Source of the DNA: Nannocystales bacterium
GTDB taxonomy: Bacteria; Myxococcota_A; Polyangia; Nannocystales; Nannocystaceae
Direction: 5' to 3'
Assembly: GCA_050633305.1 (NCBI GenBank)
Contig: JBOEGF010000022.1
Location: forward strand, 96,001 to 160,000
DNA: 64,000 nucleotides
Below the pieces are notes generated by a model. The model worked only from the letters and a program-made list of their open reading frames with translations. It was not told where the DNA came from and searched no databases. Below, in pieces: positions 18,390 to 27,716 of the stretch (within the stretch, counting starts at the first letter, position 1; every line of letters begins with the position of its first letter). Position numbers and translations under genes: made by a program.

Positions 18390-18679
18390 CCTCCGCGAGC
18401 GACTGGTCGACGCTGGCGCTTGAGCCCGGGAGCTCCGTTGACGAGAAGCCCGCTGACCGACTCCTCCGACGTCGTCGACGACCTTCATCGGACAGACGAT
18501 GCGGACAAGCGTGCGAGAGCCCGCCCCTCGCGAAGGAGCCGCTCGAGCGCGACAATGCGGTCCAGCTTGGGATCGAAGGCCTCGAACGCGCTTCCCATAC
18601 CGCCCGAGCCGATGGGCCGCAGCTCGCGAAAGCGGCCGATAGGCCGGGGGGACGCTCGTCGTCGGCGTGACGTCTCCAT
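18390..18679 (-). pseudogene. Degraded Ser/Thr kinase fragment
   Basis: IGRFRELRPIGSGGMGSAFEAFDPKLDRIVAL fused to RLLREGRALARLS, then stop; VVDDVG-like continuation in another frame; no HRD/DFG. Confidence 0.75.
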
Positions 18680-19029
18680 CTTTGAAAGAACAGGGGCGCT
18701 GGCCACAAACCGCGGTGAGAACCCGATGAACGCGATTCTCAACAGTCGAAGACTGGCAGCGTCGAATGCCAAGGACACTATCCGCGCGCAATAGACTGGG
18801 TGCTGGGTCGCAAGAAAACCGACGTTCGCTCGACCGACGGGTGCCCACGATGAGCTCGCTGGGCTTGAAGGACCGAGGCCTGGGCCCAAGAGTGTTCGGC
18901 CAAGGCCGAAGTGGGTGCCAGAGGTCTGTTGGAAGGGCGACCCGACCGAGGGTTGTTGAGGAACCGCTGGTCGCTCGACGCTCGGACCAGCGTCGGTGGG
19001 ACAGGGGCCCCGGAGCGGGGCACCGAAAC

Positions 19030-19560
19030 TCACTGCTGAAGCCGGGCTCGGGCTCGCTCGTAGTCCGCGCAGGGCACATCGTCGACGTCCACATCGTCGT
19101 CGACCGCGGTCTTGAGTACCGAGACGCGCACGCATGCGCCCGGAGGGAGGACCTCCTCACCGTCCGCGTGGAGCGTGACGCTAGGCCCATCCATCTCGAC
19201 GCTGATCCATGCGACGCCGCGCCCCATGTGGAGATCGATGCGGCCGTCGGCACGGACGTCCCACTGTACGTCGGCGCCGCCTTCGGCCACGACCTCGGCA
19301 GCGGCTCCGACCCGCATCACCGAGACCGCCGACGGATCGCGCCGCACCGCCTCCCGCACCACGAGGAGCGTCGCGGCTGCCCCTGCGAAGGCGCCGACGA
19401 ACAGTGGCGCGAGCCATCGCGCCCAGGGCCGAGAGGCGGGGGGCGCGGTCGTGGTCCGGAACACGACACGGTCGACGAAGTCAGCGGCCGGCTCCGGCGC
19501 CCCCCAGCCGAGCAGCTGCTCGTGGACCGAATCGGGATCCTGCGTAGGTTCGTCAGTCAT
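19030..19560 (-). CDS. Putative membrane-anchored anti-sigma factor (short FecR-like part)
   Basis: PAADFVDRV motif, one TM segment, LHMGRGVAWISVE; coupled to the sigma factor stop. Confidence 0.65.
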   Translation of the reverse strand: MTDEPTQDPDSVHEQLLGWGAPEPAADFVDRVVFRTTTAPPASRPWARWLAPLFVGAFAGAAATLLVVREAVRRDPSAVSVMRVGAAAEVVAEGGADVQWDVRADGRIDLHMGRGVAWISVEMDGPSVTLHADGEEVLPPGACVRVSVLKTAVDDDVDVDDVPCADYERARARLQQ

Positions 19561-20075
19561 CAGCCACTCCCATCTTTGCCGAGCGCTCTGCGAACGCGGG
19601 TGCGGGCCCGATGCAGGCGAGATTTCACGGTCCCGAGGTCGAGCTCGAGGCTGGTGGCGACCTCGGCGTACTCGAAGCCGTAGAGGTCGCGCAACACCAG
19701 CACCGCGCGATGTTCCGGGGTGAGGCCCGCCAACGCCACTTCGACGCGCGCTTCGAGCCTGCGAAATCGAGCCAGCTCGTCGGTCTCGGGGACCGGCAGG
19801 CGGTGGACGTCTTCCTCGAACGGGGCGTCCGCAAACGAACGGCGGCGGAGGTGGTCGATTGCGATACGAGCCGCGATCGTCAAGATCCACTTGCGACGCG
19901 CTGCCGGCCCGCGATCCTCGAGGTCGGACAAGGAGCGATGCACACGAAGAAACGTCTCCTGGGCAAGGTCGTCGACGTCCCCGAGCGCCGCGCGAAACAG
20001 AACACGCGCCAGCACGGCGTGCACATCGTGCTGATGGGCGCGGACCAGGTCCCGGAACTCGTCGTCTCGCCCCAA
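19560..20075 (-). CDS. ECF sigma-70 factor
   Basis: DDLAQETFLR, WILTIAARIAIDH, YAEVATSLELDLGTVKSRLHRAR; probable TTG start 20075. Confidence 0.9.
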   Translation of the reverse strand: MGRDDEFRDLVRAHQHDVHAVLARVLFRAALGDVDDLAQETFLRVHRSLSDLEDRGPAARRKWILTIAARIAIDHLRRRSFADAPFEEDVHRLPVPETDELARFRRLEARVEVALAGLTPEHRAVLVLRDLYGFEYAEVATSLELDLGTVKSRLHRARTRVRRALGKDGSG

Positions 20076-20082
20076 CTGCGTC

Positions 20083-21225
20083 TCACCCCTCCAGCATCGC
20101 GAGCCCCAGCGCGGTGGAGAACGACTCGATGTCGAAGTTCTCTGCGGTGTTGGTGCCGATGACCACCCGGCTGTTGATGGCCGGCACGTCGAGGGCGACG
20201 CCGCCGAACCCGAAATCACCGCCGCCAGCATAGCCGAACACGTCCTGCCCCCCGACATCCGTTGACCGCAGGTATCCGGCGGCGTAGGCATCGAATGCCG
20301 CGGGTTCCAGCACGTTCCCCGCCCACAGCTCGATCAGCCAACGGTCAAGGTCCTCGACCGTGGTCACCAAGCCGCCGTTGCCGACCAGTGCCCAGGTGTA
20401 CGGCCACGTCGCGGGATCATTGCCCTCGAACACAAGGGCATCGTACCCGACGGCGGTCGGATGCTCGGCCCACAGCGCCTCCCCGAAGAACCCCGTCGCC
20501 TCCATACCAGCGGGCTCGAGCAGTCGCTCCCGCACGTAGTCCGCGAACGGTTGGCCGGAGGTCGTTTCAACGATGTCGGCCAGCAGCGTGAACCCAGCGT
20601 TCGAGTACGCTTCCTCGGATCCGGGCTCGAACAAGAGGGTCTGTCCGAGGATCGCCGCGCGGGCCTGCATGCGATCCATCGGCTCGAAGTCGCCCAGCGT
20701 GTCGTGGTACTCGCCAAACCCGGCCCGATGCTGCAACACCTGCAGCACCGTGATCTGGGCCTTGTCGGGCGGGATGCCGGGCAGCAGGACGTCCAGTGAA
20801 TCGGTGGTGCTCAGCGCGTCGTCTTCCTCGAGCGCAAAGATGGCCGCTGCGGTGAAGTCCTTCATCACCGAGCCGAAGTCGTAGGCCGTCTGCGGTGTGT
20901 TCTCGCGCTCGAGCTGCCGGGCGGCCAGGCCGTGTCCTTCCACGACCAAGACCTCGCCATCGAGCCGGACCAGGATTGCTCCCTCGAAGCCGGACTCCAC
21001 GGCTTCGTCGATCAGCTCGCGAACCGCACCGCCGGGCGCGGCGGTGGTGCTGCTCGATGCGTCGCCCGGTCCCGCGCTGCTTTCGGTGCTCGAGACCTCG
21101 CTGCTCTCATCACCGGTCGACCCGATGTCGCTCGTGGTCCCGCCTGCACCGGGCCCGTCGGGAGAGCCGACGCAGGCCGCGAGCAAGCCCAGAAACGACA
21201 ACCACGCGGCCGAGAACCTCTTCAC
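20083..21225 (-). CDS. Serine hydrolase (beta-lactamase class C-like) lipoprotein
   Basis: FGSVMK (SxxK), YSN; lipobox LLAAC after GTG 21225. Confidence 0.88.
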   Translation of the reverse strand: MKRFSAAWLSFLGLLAACVGSPDGPGAGGTTSDIGSTGDESSEVSSTESSAGPGDASSSTTAAPGGAVRELIDEAVESGFEGAILVRLDGEVLVVEGHGLAARQLERENTPQTAYDFGSVMKDFTAAAIFALEEDDALSTTDSLDVLLPGIPPDKAQITVLQVLQHRAGFGEYHDTLGDFEPMDRMQARAAILGQTLLFEPGSEEAYSNAGFTLLADIVETTSGQPFADYVRERLLEPAGMEATGFFGEALWAEHPTAVGYDALVFEGNDPATWPYTWALVGNGGLVTTVEDLDRWLIELWAGNVLEPAAFDAYAAGYLRSTDVGGQDVFGYAGGGDFGFGGVALDVPAINSRVVIGTNTAENFDIESFSTALGLAMLEG

Positions 21226-21577
21226 GGCTGCCCAACGAGCGCCGGGCGGAAAAGGTTCCCTCGAAGTTTCGGTCGAAGGACTGCGCGCTTCTCGCGGGAC
21301 TTGTCTTGTGCGGGAAGTGAACGACGCGGGCCGGTGCCAAGGAGCCCCGCGGTATCTCTCACTTGCGGACGCGGTCCCGGTGACCCGGGAGGTCGTCATG
21401 GCCGAACTCGGGCGTCTGAACAAGGACGGCTACGACATGGCGCAGTTCATCTCCATCATGGGAGAACACCTCCCCAAGAGCTTGCCCGGGCCGTTGCGGA
21501 CGTCCCAGCTCGACAAGCGCTCGTCCTGTCCTCCACCGAGTCGTGGGGGCCTTCAGGCCGTGTTATGAGGCGTCTCC

Positions 21578-22491
21578 ATGGGTCATTCCGTCGCATGGGT
21601 CGGTCTCCGAGGCGTCGACCCGCAGCTGTTGTTCGACGCGTTCGGGGTCGAGCCCACGGGCACGACCGACAACTACTCTTCACACCCCTTCGTCGGTGTT
21701 CGGGGCGCGGGTGGCTGGACGATGGTGCTGGTCAACCTCGCAGCCGGCGGAGACGAGCGACTCTTCGATCCCGCGTTCCTGGCCACGCTGTCCAAGCTCG
21801 CGCCCGCGGTGTTCTTCTGCTCCGACACCGGGGCCAAGGATAGCGGCGTCGCGGAGTGGGAGGATGGCGGGTGCCGATGGTCACTCGTGCATGATCCCGA
21901 GGCCGAAGAGGGTCCACTGCTCAAAGCCGGGGAGGTCCCCGAACCGCTTGCGTCCGTTCGGGTGTCTTCGGATCCGTTCGAGGTCCCCACCCGCATCGCC
22001 CATGCTCTCACTGGGTTTCGTCATGACACCGCAGGCTCGGAATTCTTGGTGTTGGGTTTTGCCGAGCCCAAGAGCGATCTTCCATCGACGTCGTCATGCC
22101 ACTCGCTGGGTGGCTTCGTCGTCGAGACCTACGAGGTCGGCGGGACCGCACGGCCTTGGTCCGAGACGGCGTGCCACTGCAGGAGCTGCTGCACCACGTG
22201 GCCCACGACGAGGAAGACGTTCTCATCTTCCGAGGCGAGAACGGGTGGTTCATGCAGACGGTGGCGGCCGATGACGCTCCGGGTCGGCTGATGGTCGAGT
22301 GGCGGCACAGTCAAGACGATGAGCCGCGACTCATCCGACTGGTACGGGCGCCGGACCCGCTTGGGGGGCAGCCGCGAAGCGACTTCTCAACCGCCGAGGT
22401 GTACACGCATTTCCTGTCGTTCACCCGCCTGGGTACACCCGCTCCGGGTGCGTTCATGCTCGACATCACGGCCGAGATTCTTGGGGGGTAG
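21578..22491 (+). pseudogene. Hypothetical protein split by a probable frameshift near 22170
   Basis: Protein-like sequence runs in the 21578 frame to PWSETA, then continues in the 22096 frame (PLQELLHHV...). Confidence 0.5.
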
Positions 22492-22551
22492 GAGGACCGG
22501 GGGGCCGATGGAGGCGCTGTGGATGGCCCAGCCGGTCCGCTGCTTCGCCCG

Positions 22552-23595
22552 TCAGCCGGGTGGGTCGAAGTTGTCGCAGGTCGTCTTGATCGTATCGAGC
22601 GTCGACTGAAATACGGGCCCGTAGTCGGGCTCGCAGATGCTGGCCTTGATGCCTTGCTCGCCGAACGCATCGACGAAGCCGATCAGGTTGGGACTCTCCG
22701 CGGTCAGCGGCACACACGAGACGTCCTGCCAGGGGATGAACCCAATCACGACCACGGCCTCGGGGTTGTTGTCTTTGGCCGCGAGGACGGCGGGCGCCCA
22801 GCCCGAGGTGTCGATGGTGGGCTCCGCATCGTCGAAAAACCCCGGGACTGGTGGATCGTCGGTGACCACGACGACCACCAAGATGGCATCGTCACGAACG
22901 AAGTTCTCGTTGCAGGCGCCCGGAGCCGCGTTGCTCTCGTCCAGTGCGGCCACCAGGGCGCTGATCGGCCGCTCGTTGCCGCTGCCGTTGATGCCGACTT
23001 GCCCGATGCAGGGGAACTGTGTCGCGATGTCGTCCGCGTCGGTGAGGAACCGGTCACCCCCCGCAAAGGGTCCGCAGATGCCGCCTGCGGGAGTCTGCGA
23101 GACGAGGTCGCCCAAGACTTGGCATCCCGCTTCGTTGTTTCCGTAGTCGTCGCTGGTGACGACGCCGACATGGAAACTGTCGACTTCGTCCAGCGAGTCC
23201 TCGATGCCGAGGATGAATCCATCGAAGCTCGCCAGGAGCTGGGTCTGCTGTGCGCCCATGCTTCCGGAGTTGTCGATGACGAACAAGAAGTCGATCCCAG
23301 CGCAACCATCATCGACGGGCGGTGCATCGGGTTGTACGCCGAGGTCGAAGACGACGCTGCCGTCGTCGTCGGAGCCCGAGGTGGAAGAGGTGCTGTCGGT
23401 TCCGGTCGTTCCGCCGACGGTGGTTGGGGACGTCATCCCTCCGGTCGTGGAGCCGTCCGTGGGTCCGCCGGTCTGGGTGAGACCCACCGTCGCGCCGAGC
23501 GTTGTCTCGGTCGCGGCGTCCGAAGACCCGCCGCCATCTTTGCCACACGCCACGAGCAACGACACACCGAAGACAACCGCAACCGAACGTCTCAT
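22552..23595 (-). CDS. vWA-domain lipoprotein
   Basis: LLVAC lipobox, Thr-rich linker, DFLFVIDNSGSM MIDAS motif. Confidence 0.85.
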   Translation of the reverse strand: MRRSVAVVFGVSLLVACGKDGGGSSDAATETTLGATVGLTQTGGPTDGSTTGGMTSPTTVGGTTGTDSTSSTSGSDDDGSVVFDLGVQPDAPPVDDGCAGIDFLFVIDNSGSMGAQQTQLLASFDGFILGIEDSLDEVDSFHVGVVTSDDYGNNEAGCQVLGDLVSQTPAGGICGPFAGGDRFLTDADDIATQFPCIGQVGINGSGNERPISALVAALDESNAAPGACNENFVRDDAILVVVVVTDDPPVPGFFDDAEPTIDTSGWAPAVLAAKDNNPEAVVVIGFIPWQDVSCVPLTAESPNLIGFVDAFGEQGIKASICEPDYGPVFQSTLDTIKTTCDNFDPPG

Positions 23596-23722
23596 CGAGG
23601 CAGGCTACCAGGGAAGGGCGTTCGACCCAGGGGGGCCGGAGCCGCATCTGTGCGGTCGAAGGCCCCCGCTGCTGCGTGGACCCACTCCGTTGTCGGTCCG
23701 ATCGCCCCCGAGCTGTGGGGGG

Positions 23723-24139
23723 TCAGCTGCGGTTTCGGAAGGTGCCGTCGATCATCTCGACGAAGGCTCCCACGCCACTCTTCTTCACCAGGTAGGCGTT
23801 GGCACCCAGTGTGGAGGCGCGCTCTTCGTCGCTGGCGGCATCGGAGCTGGTCAACATCGCGACCACCGGGAGCTCTCCGAAGGCGTCGTGCTCACGAATG
23901 AACGTGAGGACATCGAATCCGGTCATCCCGTGCATGTTCACGTCGAGCAGAACGAGTGCAGGGGGGCGTCGGCCGTTGTCGACGGCTTGCGTCAGGTGGG
24001 CCAGTGCCTGCTCGGCGGAGTCCAGCAGTACAACCGGGTTGGTCAGCCCACAGCGCTTGAGTACGATTCCGGTGATCAAGCGATCTCCGTCGCTGTCGTC
24101 GACGACCACAATGTCGAGGTCGGGCTCGATCTCGATCAT
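23723..24139 (-). CDS. Single-domain response regulator
   Basis: VVDDS, LLDVNM, MLTSS, YLVK. Confidence 0.9.
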   Translation of the reverse strand: MIEIEPDLDIVVVDDSDGDRLITGIVLKRCGLTNPVVLLDSAEQALAHLTQAVDNGRRPPALVLLDVNMHGMTGFDVLTFIREHDAFGELPVVAMLTSSDAASDEERASTLGANAYLVKKSGVGAFVEMIDGTFRNRS

Positions 24140-25314
24140 GAGGTGGGCCCTCCCACGGGCAGGGAGAGTTCGATCGAGAACGACGTGTCGGAACCGGACG
24201 CGGTGGCCGTGCCTCCGTGAAGCTTTACGACGCGGTCGACGATGGCCAGCCCGAGCCCTGTGCCGTCGCCCGAGCTCGTCAGTCGGCGGAACGGGACGAA
24301 GACGCTCTGGTCCACCTCGACCCGCGCGGCGATGCTGTTGCTGACGCGGATGTTCGCCCGTCTACCTTGACCCTGAATATCCACGGTGACGTCTCCCGCT
24401 CCGTACTGTGCAGCGTTGCGGAACAGGTTCACGAACGTGGAGCGTATCAAGTCGGGGTCGCACCAGAGCTCGGCGTCGCCGCGAAGCTCGAGGGCGTAGT
24501 CCGGGGAGACCTGGGTACGTGCAGCCTCGACCAACACCGAGAGCTTGTGGGGCTCGGACACCGAGAGTTGGAGCCGAGAGAGCCGTCGGTATCCCGAGAC
24601 CACGCCTTCGAGCTCTCCGGCGGTCTTGCGGATGAGACTCAGCTCGCTGGAGTCGTCGTTCTCGTCGGCGTCCTCGAGGGCGAGCTCGGCGAGGTTGACG
24701 ATGGTCTTGAGCGGGGCGCGAAGGTCGTGCGAGGCGAGATGAGCGAACTGCTCCAGGCTCTCGTTGGCAAGGCGGAGCTCTGCGGTGGTGGTCTCGAGAG
24801 CCTCCCGGGTTCGCTGGAGATCGACGACGTGTTTGCGAAGGTGCAATTCGTCCACGACGATCTGCGCAAGGTCGACCAACGCGCTTCGCTCGTGCTCGGA
24901 CAGGCTCCGCGACTCGGTATCGATCGCGCACAGCGTTCCGATACGGACGCCGTCGGAGAGCGACAGAGGGGCGCCTGCGTAGAAGCGCACATGGGGTGCC
25001 CCGGTGACGAGCGGGTTCGTGGCAAAACGTGGGTCTTCGTGGGCGTCGGGGATGACGAAGACCTTGGTGTCGAGGATCGCATGCGCACAGAAGGCGACGT
25101 CACGAGGAGTTTGCGGTGCGTCGAGCCCGACCGCTGACTTGAACCACTGCCGCGCCTCGTCGACGAGCGAGATCAGGACGATCGGTGTTCCTATGATCTG
25201 CGCCGCAAGCCGAGTGATGCGATCGAAACGCTCTTCGGGCGGCGTGTCGAGGATCGCGAGCGCCCGCAGGCTCTGGAGGCGTTCTTGCTCGTTGGGGGGC
25301 AGCGGAGCGATCAT
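24136..25314 (-). CDS. GAF-domain sensor histidine kinase
   Basis: ILDTPPEERFDRIT, AFCAHAIL, RFYAGAPL; SHDLRAPL, NLFRNA, GTGLGL. Confidence 0.92.
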   Translation of the reverse strand: MIAPLPPNEQERLQSLRALAILDTPPEERFDRITRLAAQIIGTPIVLISLVDEARQWFKSAVGLDAPQTPRDVAFCAHAILDTKVFVIPDAHEDPRFATNPLVTGAPHVRFYAGAPLSLSDGVRIGTLCAIDTESRSLSEHERSALVDLAQIVVDELHLRKHVVDLQRTREALETTTAELRLANESLEQFAHLASHDLRAPLKTIVNLAELALEDADENDDSSELSLIRKTAGELEGVVSGYRRLSRLQLSVSEPHKLSVLVEAARTQVSPDYALELRGDAELWCDPDLIRSTFVNLFRNAAQYGAGDVTVDIQGQGRRANIRVSNSIAARVEVDQSVFVPFRRLTSSGDGTGLGLAIVDRVVKLHGGTATASGSDTSFSIELSLPVGGPTS

Positions 25315-25444
25315 CGGGGCGGGTCCTAGCAGCCGCGCAGACAGGTGCCTCTATCAACCAAGTATAGAACACCGGCCGCGCCGTGACATGCTCAATGCGG
25401 GACGCTTGGCCTTTGTGACTCCGTGGTGCAGCTGAAGCGCGCTG

Positions 25445-27469
25445 CTACTCGCCGTCTTCGAGCGCCTCTTCCATGATCTGCCAGCGCTCGAAAACCCGCG
25501 GGCTCCGGTCGAGTTCGACCAGGAACTTGCTCGGCCGCATCATTCGCGAGGGCCCATCGCGGGCGTCTTCGATCGTCGGGTAGAGCATGTATAGCTCCGA
25601 CATCGCCCGGGTTGCGGCGACGTAGAACAGCCGTCGCTCCTCCTCGGTTTCGACCGGAGAGCGCAGCGCGACCGCGGACGGAAAACGCCCGTCGGCCATC
25701 CAGATCATGAAGCAGATCGGCCATTCCAGCCCCTTGGCCTGATGCACCGTGGTGAGGATGAGTTTGTCGTCGGGCTCCTCCCCCGAGACGATGTTCTCGG
25801 CTGAGATGCCCTGGACGAGCGCGAGTTCGCTGAGAAAGGCCTCGGGGCCGCCGAAGCGGTCGGCGTATTCGGCGAGGTGCTCGAGGTCCTCTTTGCGAGC
25901 GTCGGCGTTGGTGAACGAGCGTTCCGCAAACTCGCGGTAGTGCTCTTCGACGACCTGTTTGATCGCGGCGCCGGGGCTGCGCTGCTCGGGTTCGTGCAAC
26001 GTGTTCCAGAGCGCGGCGAGCCGGGCGAGGGCCTGCTTGGCTTGGCCGCGCGCAGTCTGAGCATGTGAGAGCAAGATGTCGGCGGGGGCTTGCCGCTGGG
26101 TGTCGGGGTCGTGACCTGCGAGCTTGAGCGAGAGGGCCTCGGCGGTTTGAACTCCGACGCCGGGCCACTGCCGGAGCAGCCGTAGCCAGGCCAGCTCGTC
26201 TCGCGGGTTTTCCCGGGCGCGCAAGTACGCGACGACATCTTTGATGTGCGCCTGCTCGAAGAACTTCACCCCCGAGCGGATGCTGTAGGGGATCTGACGG
26301 CGGGTGAGCTCGACCTGCAGCTCGAGGCTGTGGGCGTGGTTGCGGTAGAGCACCGCCATCTTGCGGAGCGGAAGGTTCTGTTCGTGGTGGATCTCCAGGA
26401 CCCGTTGCGCGACGAACTCGGCCTGCTGGTAGACGTCGCGCAGGGGGATGAGCGCCGGCACCATGCCGTTGTTGTTGACCGCGTTCAGCTCCTTGAAATG
26501 CTGGCGGCGGTTGAAACCGATGCTGCGGTTGGCGAGGTCGAGGATCTCGGGGGTGCTTCGATAGTTGGTGGTGAGCTTGAGGATCTGGCCTGTGGGGTGT
26601 CGGCGCTCGAACGCTGCGATCTGCTCGAAGTCGGCCCCGCGGAACCCGTAGATCGACTGGGCGTCGTCGCCCACCGCCGTGAGGCTGCCGCACCGCGACG
26701 CCATCTGGTCACACAGGTAACCCTGCAGCGCTGTGACGTCTTGGTACTCGTCGACCAAGACGTGGTCGTAGGCGCCGAGGAGTTCGTCGGCGACCTCGCT
26801 GCACGCCGGGTCGACCAACAAACGACGCCACAGCGTGATGAGGTCATTGAAGTCGACGATGTTGTTGGCCCGCTTGCGCTCCGCGTATCGCCGCGCGGTG
26901 TCTTCGATGGCGGGCAGCTGCGGAACCAGCTTGGGCGCTCGCTCGGCGATGACCTCGGCCAAGGGCGTGAGCGTGGAGCCGGACAGGCCGATCATCGAGG
27001 CCAGCACTTTCGGCTGCGGAAAGCGGCGGGCGCTGAGCTTCTCGAGACCCTGCTCGGCGATCACGCTGCTCAGCAAGCTGCGCGCGTCCTCGGGGTCGAG
27101 AATGCCGAAGTCCAAGCCCAGGCCCACGTGTTCGCCATAGCGGCGCAACAGCTTGTGCCCGATGTGGTGGAAGGTGCCGGCGCTGGCCAGCGTCATGTCG
27201 ATGCCGACGGTGGCCTCGACCCGCGAGACCATTTCCTTGGCCGCACGGTTGGTGAACGTGCACAGCAGGATCCGGTCCGGGGGACAGCCCTCCTGCACCA
27301 GACGGGCGACGCGATAGATGAGGGTGCGTGTCTTGCCCGAGCCGGCCCCGGCGATGACGAGCAGGGGCTGCGCAGGGGCTTCGACCACGGCCTGCTGTTG
27401 CGGATTGAGATCACGCGTGGGGTCGAAGCGCGGGCGGCTGGGCTTCGACGTCTTGAGGACGTACTTCAC
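25445..27469 (-). CDS. UvrD/PcrA-family ATP-dependent DNA helicase
   Basis: AGAGSGKT, VDEYQD, GDDAQSIYGFRGA, NYRS, TVHQAKGLEW, EERRLFYVAATRA. Confidence 0.95.
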   Translation of the reverse strand: MKYVLKTSKPSRPRFDPTRDLNPQQQAVVEAPAQPLLVIAGAGSGKTRTLIYRVARLVQEGCPPDRILLCTFTNRAAKEMVSRVEATVGIDMTLASAGTFHHIGHKLLRRYGEHVGLGLDFGILDPEDARSLLSSVIAEQGLEKLSARRFPQPKVLASMIGLSGSTLTPLAEVIAERAPKLVPQLPAIEDTARRYAERKRANNIVDFNDLITLWRRLLVDPACSEVADELLGAYDHVLVDEYQDVTALQGYLCDQMASRCGSLTAVGDDAQSIYGFRGADFEQIAAFERRHPTGQILKLTTNYRSTPEILDLANRSIGFNRRQHFKELNAVNNNGMVPALIPLRDVYQQAEFVAQRVLEIHHEQNLPLRKMAVLYRNHAHSLELQVELTRRQIPYSIRSGVKFFEQAHIKDVVAYLRARENPRDELAWLRLLRQWPGVGVQTAEALSLKLAGHDPDTQRQAPADILLSHAQTARGQAKQALARLAALWNTLHEPEQRSPGAAIKQVVEEHYREFAERSFTNADARKEDLEHLAEYADRFGGPEAFLSELALVQGISAENIVSGEEPDDKLILTTVHQAKGLEWPICFMIWMADGRFPSAVALRSPVETEEERRLFYVAATRAMSELYMLYPTIEDARDGPSRMMRPSKFLVELDRSPRVFERWQIMEEALEDGE

Positions 27470-27716
27470 GGGCCCGGGCAGCTTGGCGCGGGGTCGCCGG
27501 CTGGGTCAACCGGTACCTCGCACGCGCTCCTTCCCTGCACGCGGTCCTGTTCCGAAGCGGTGCGACCCGACCCAGACTCGACGGCCCCGCGCTCGGTCGC
27601 GCATCGGTGGCGGGCGTGACTCCGGCCGTGACACGGCGCGCGCGCCGTGGTGTTCCCTCGCGGTTTTCGTGTCCAAGTCCTGTAAGAGGTCGTCGGGGAC
27701 CGGCGTTCAGACTTCG

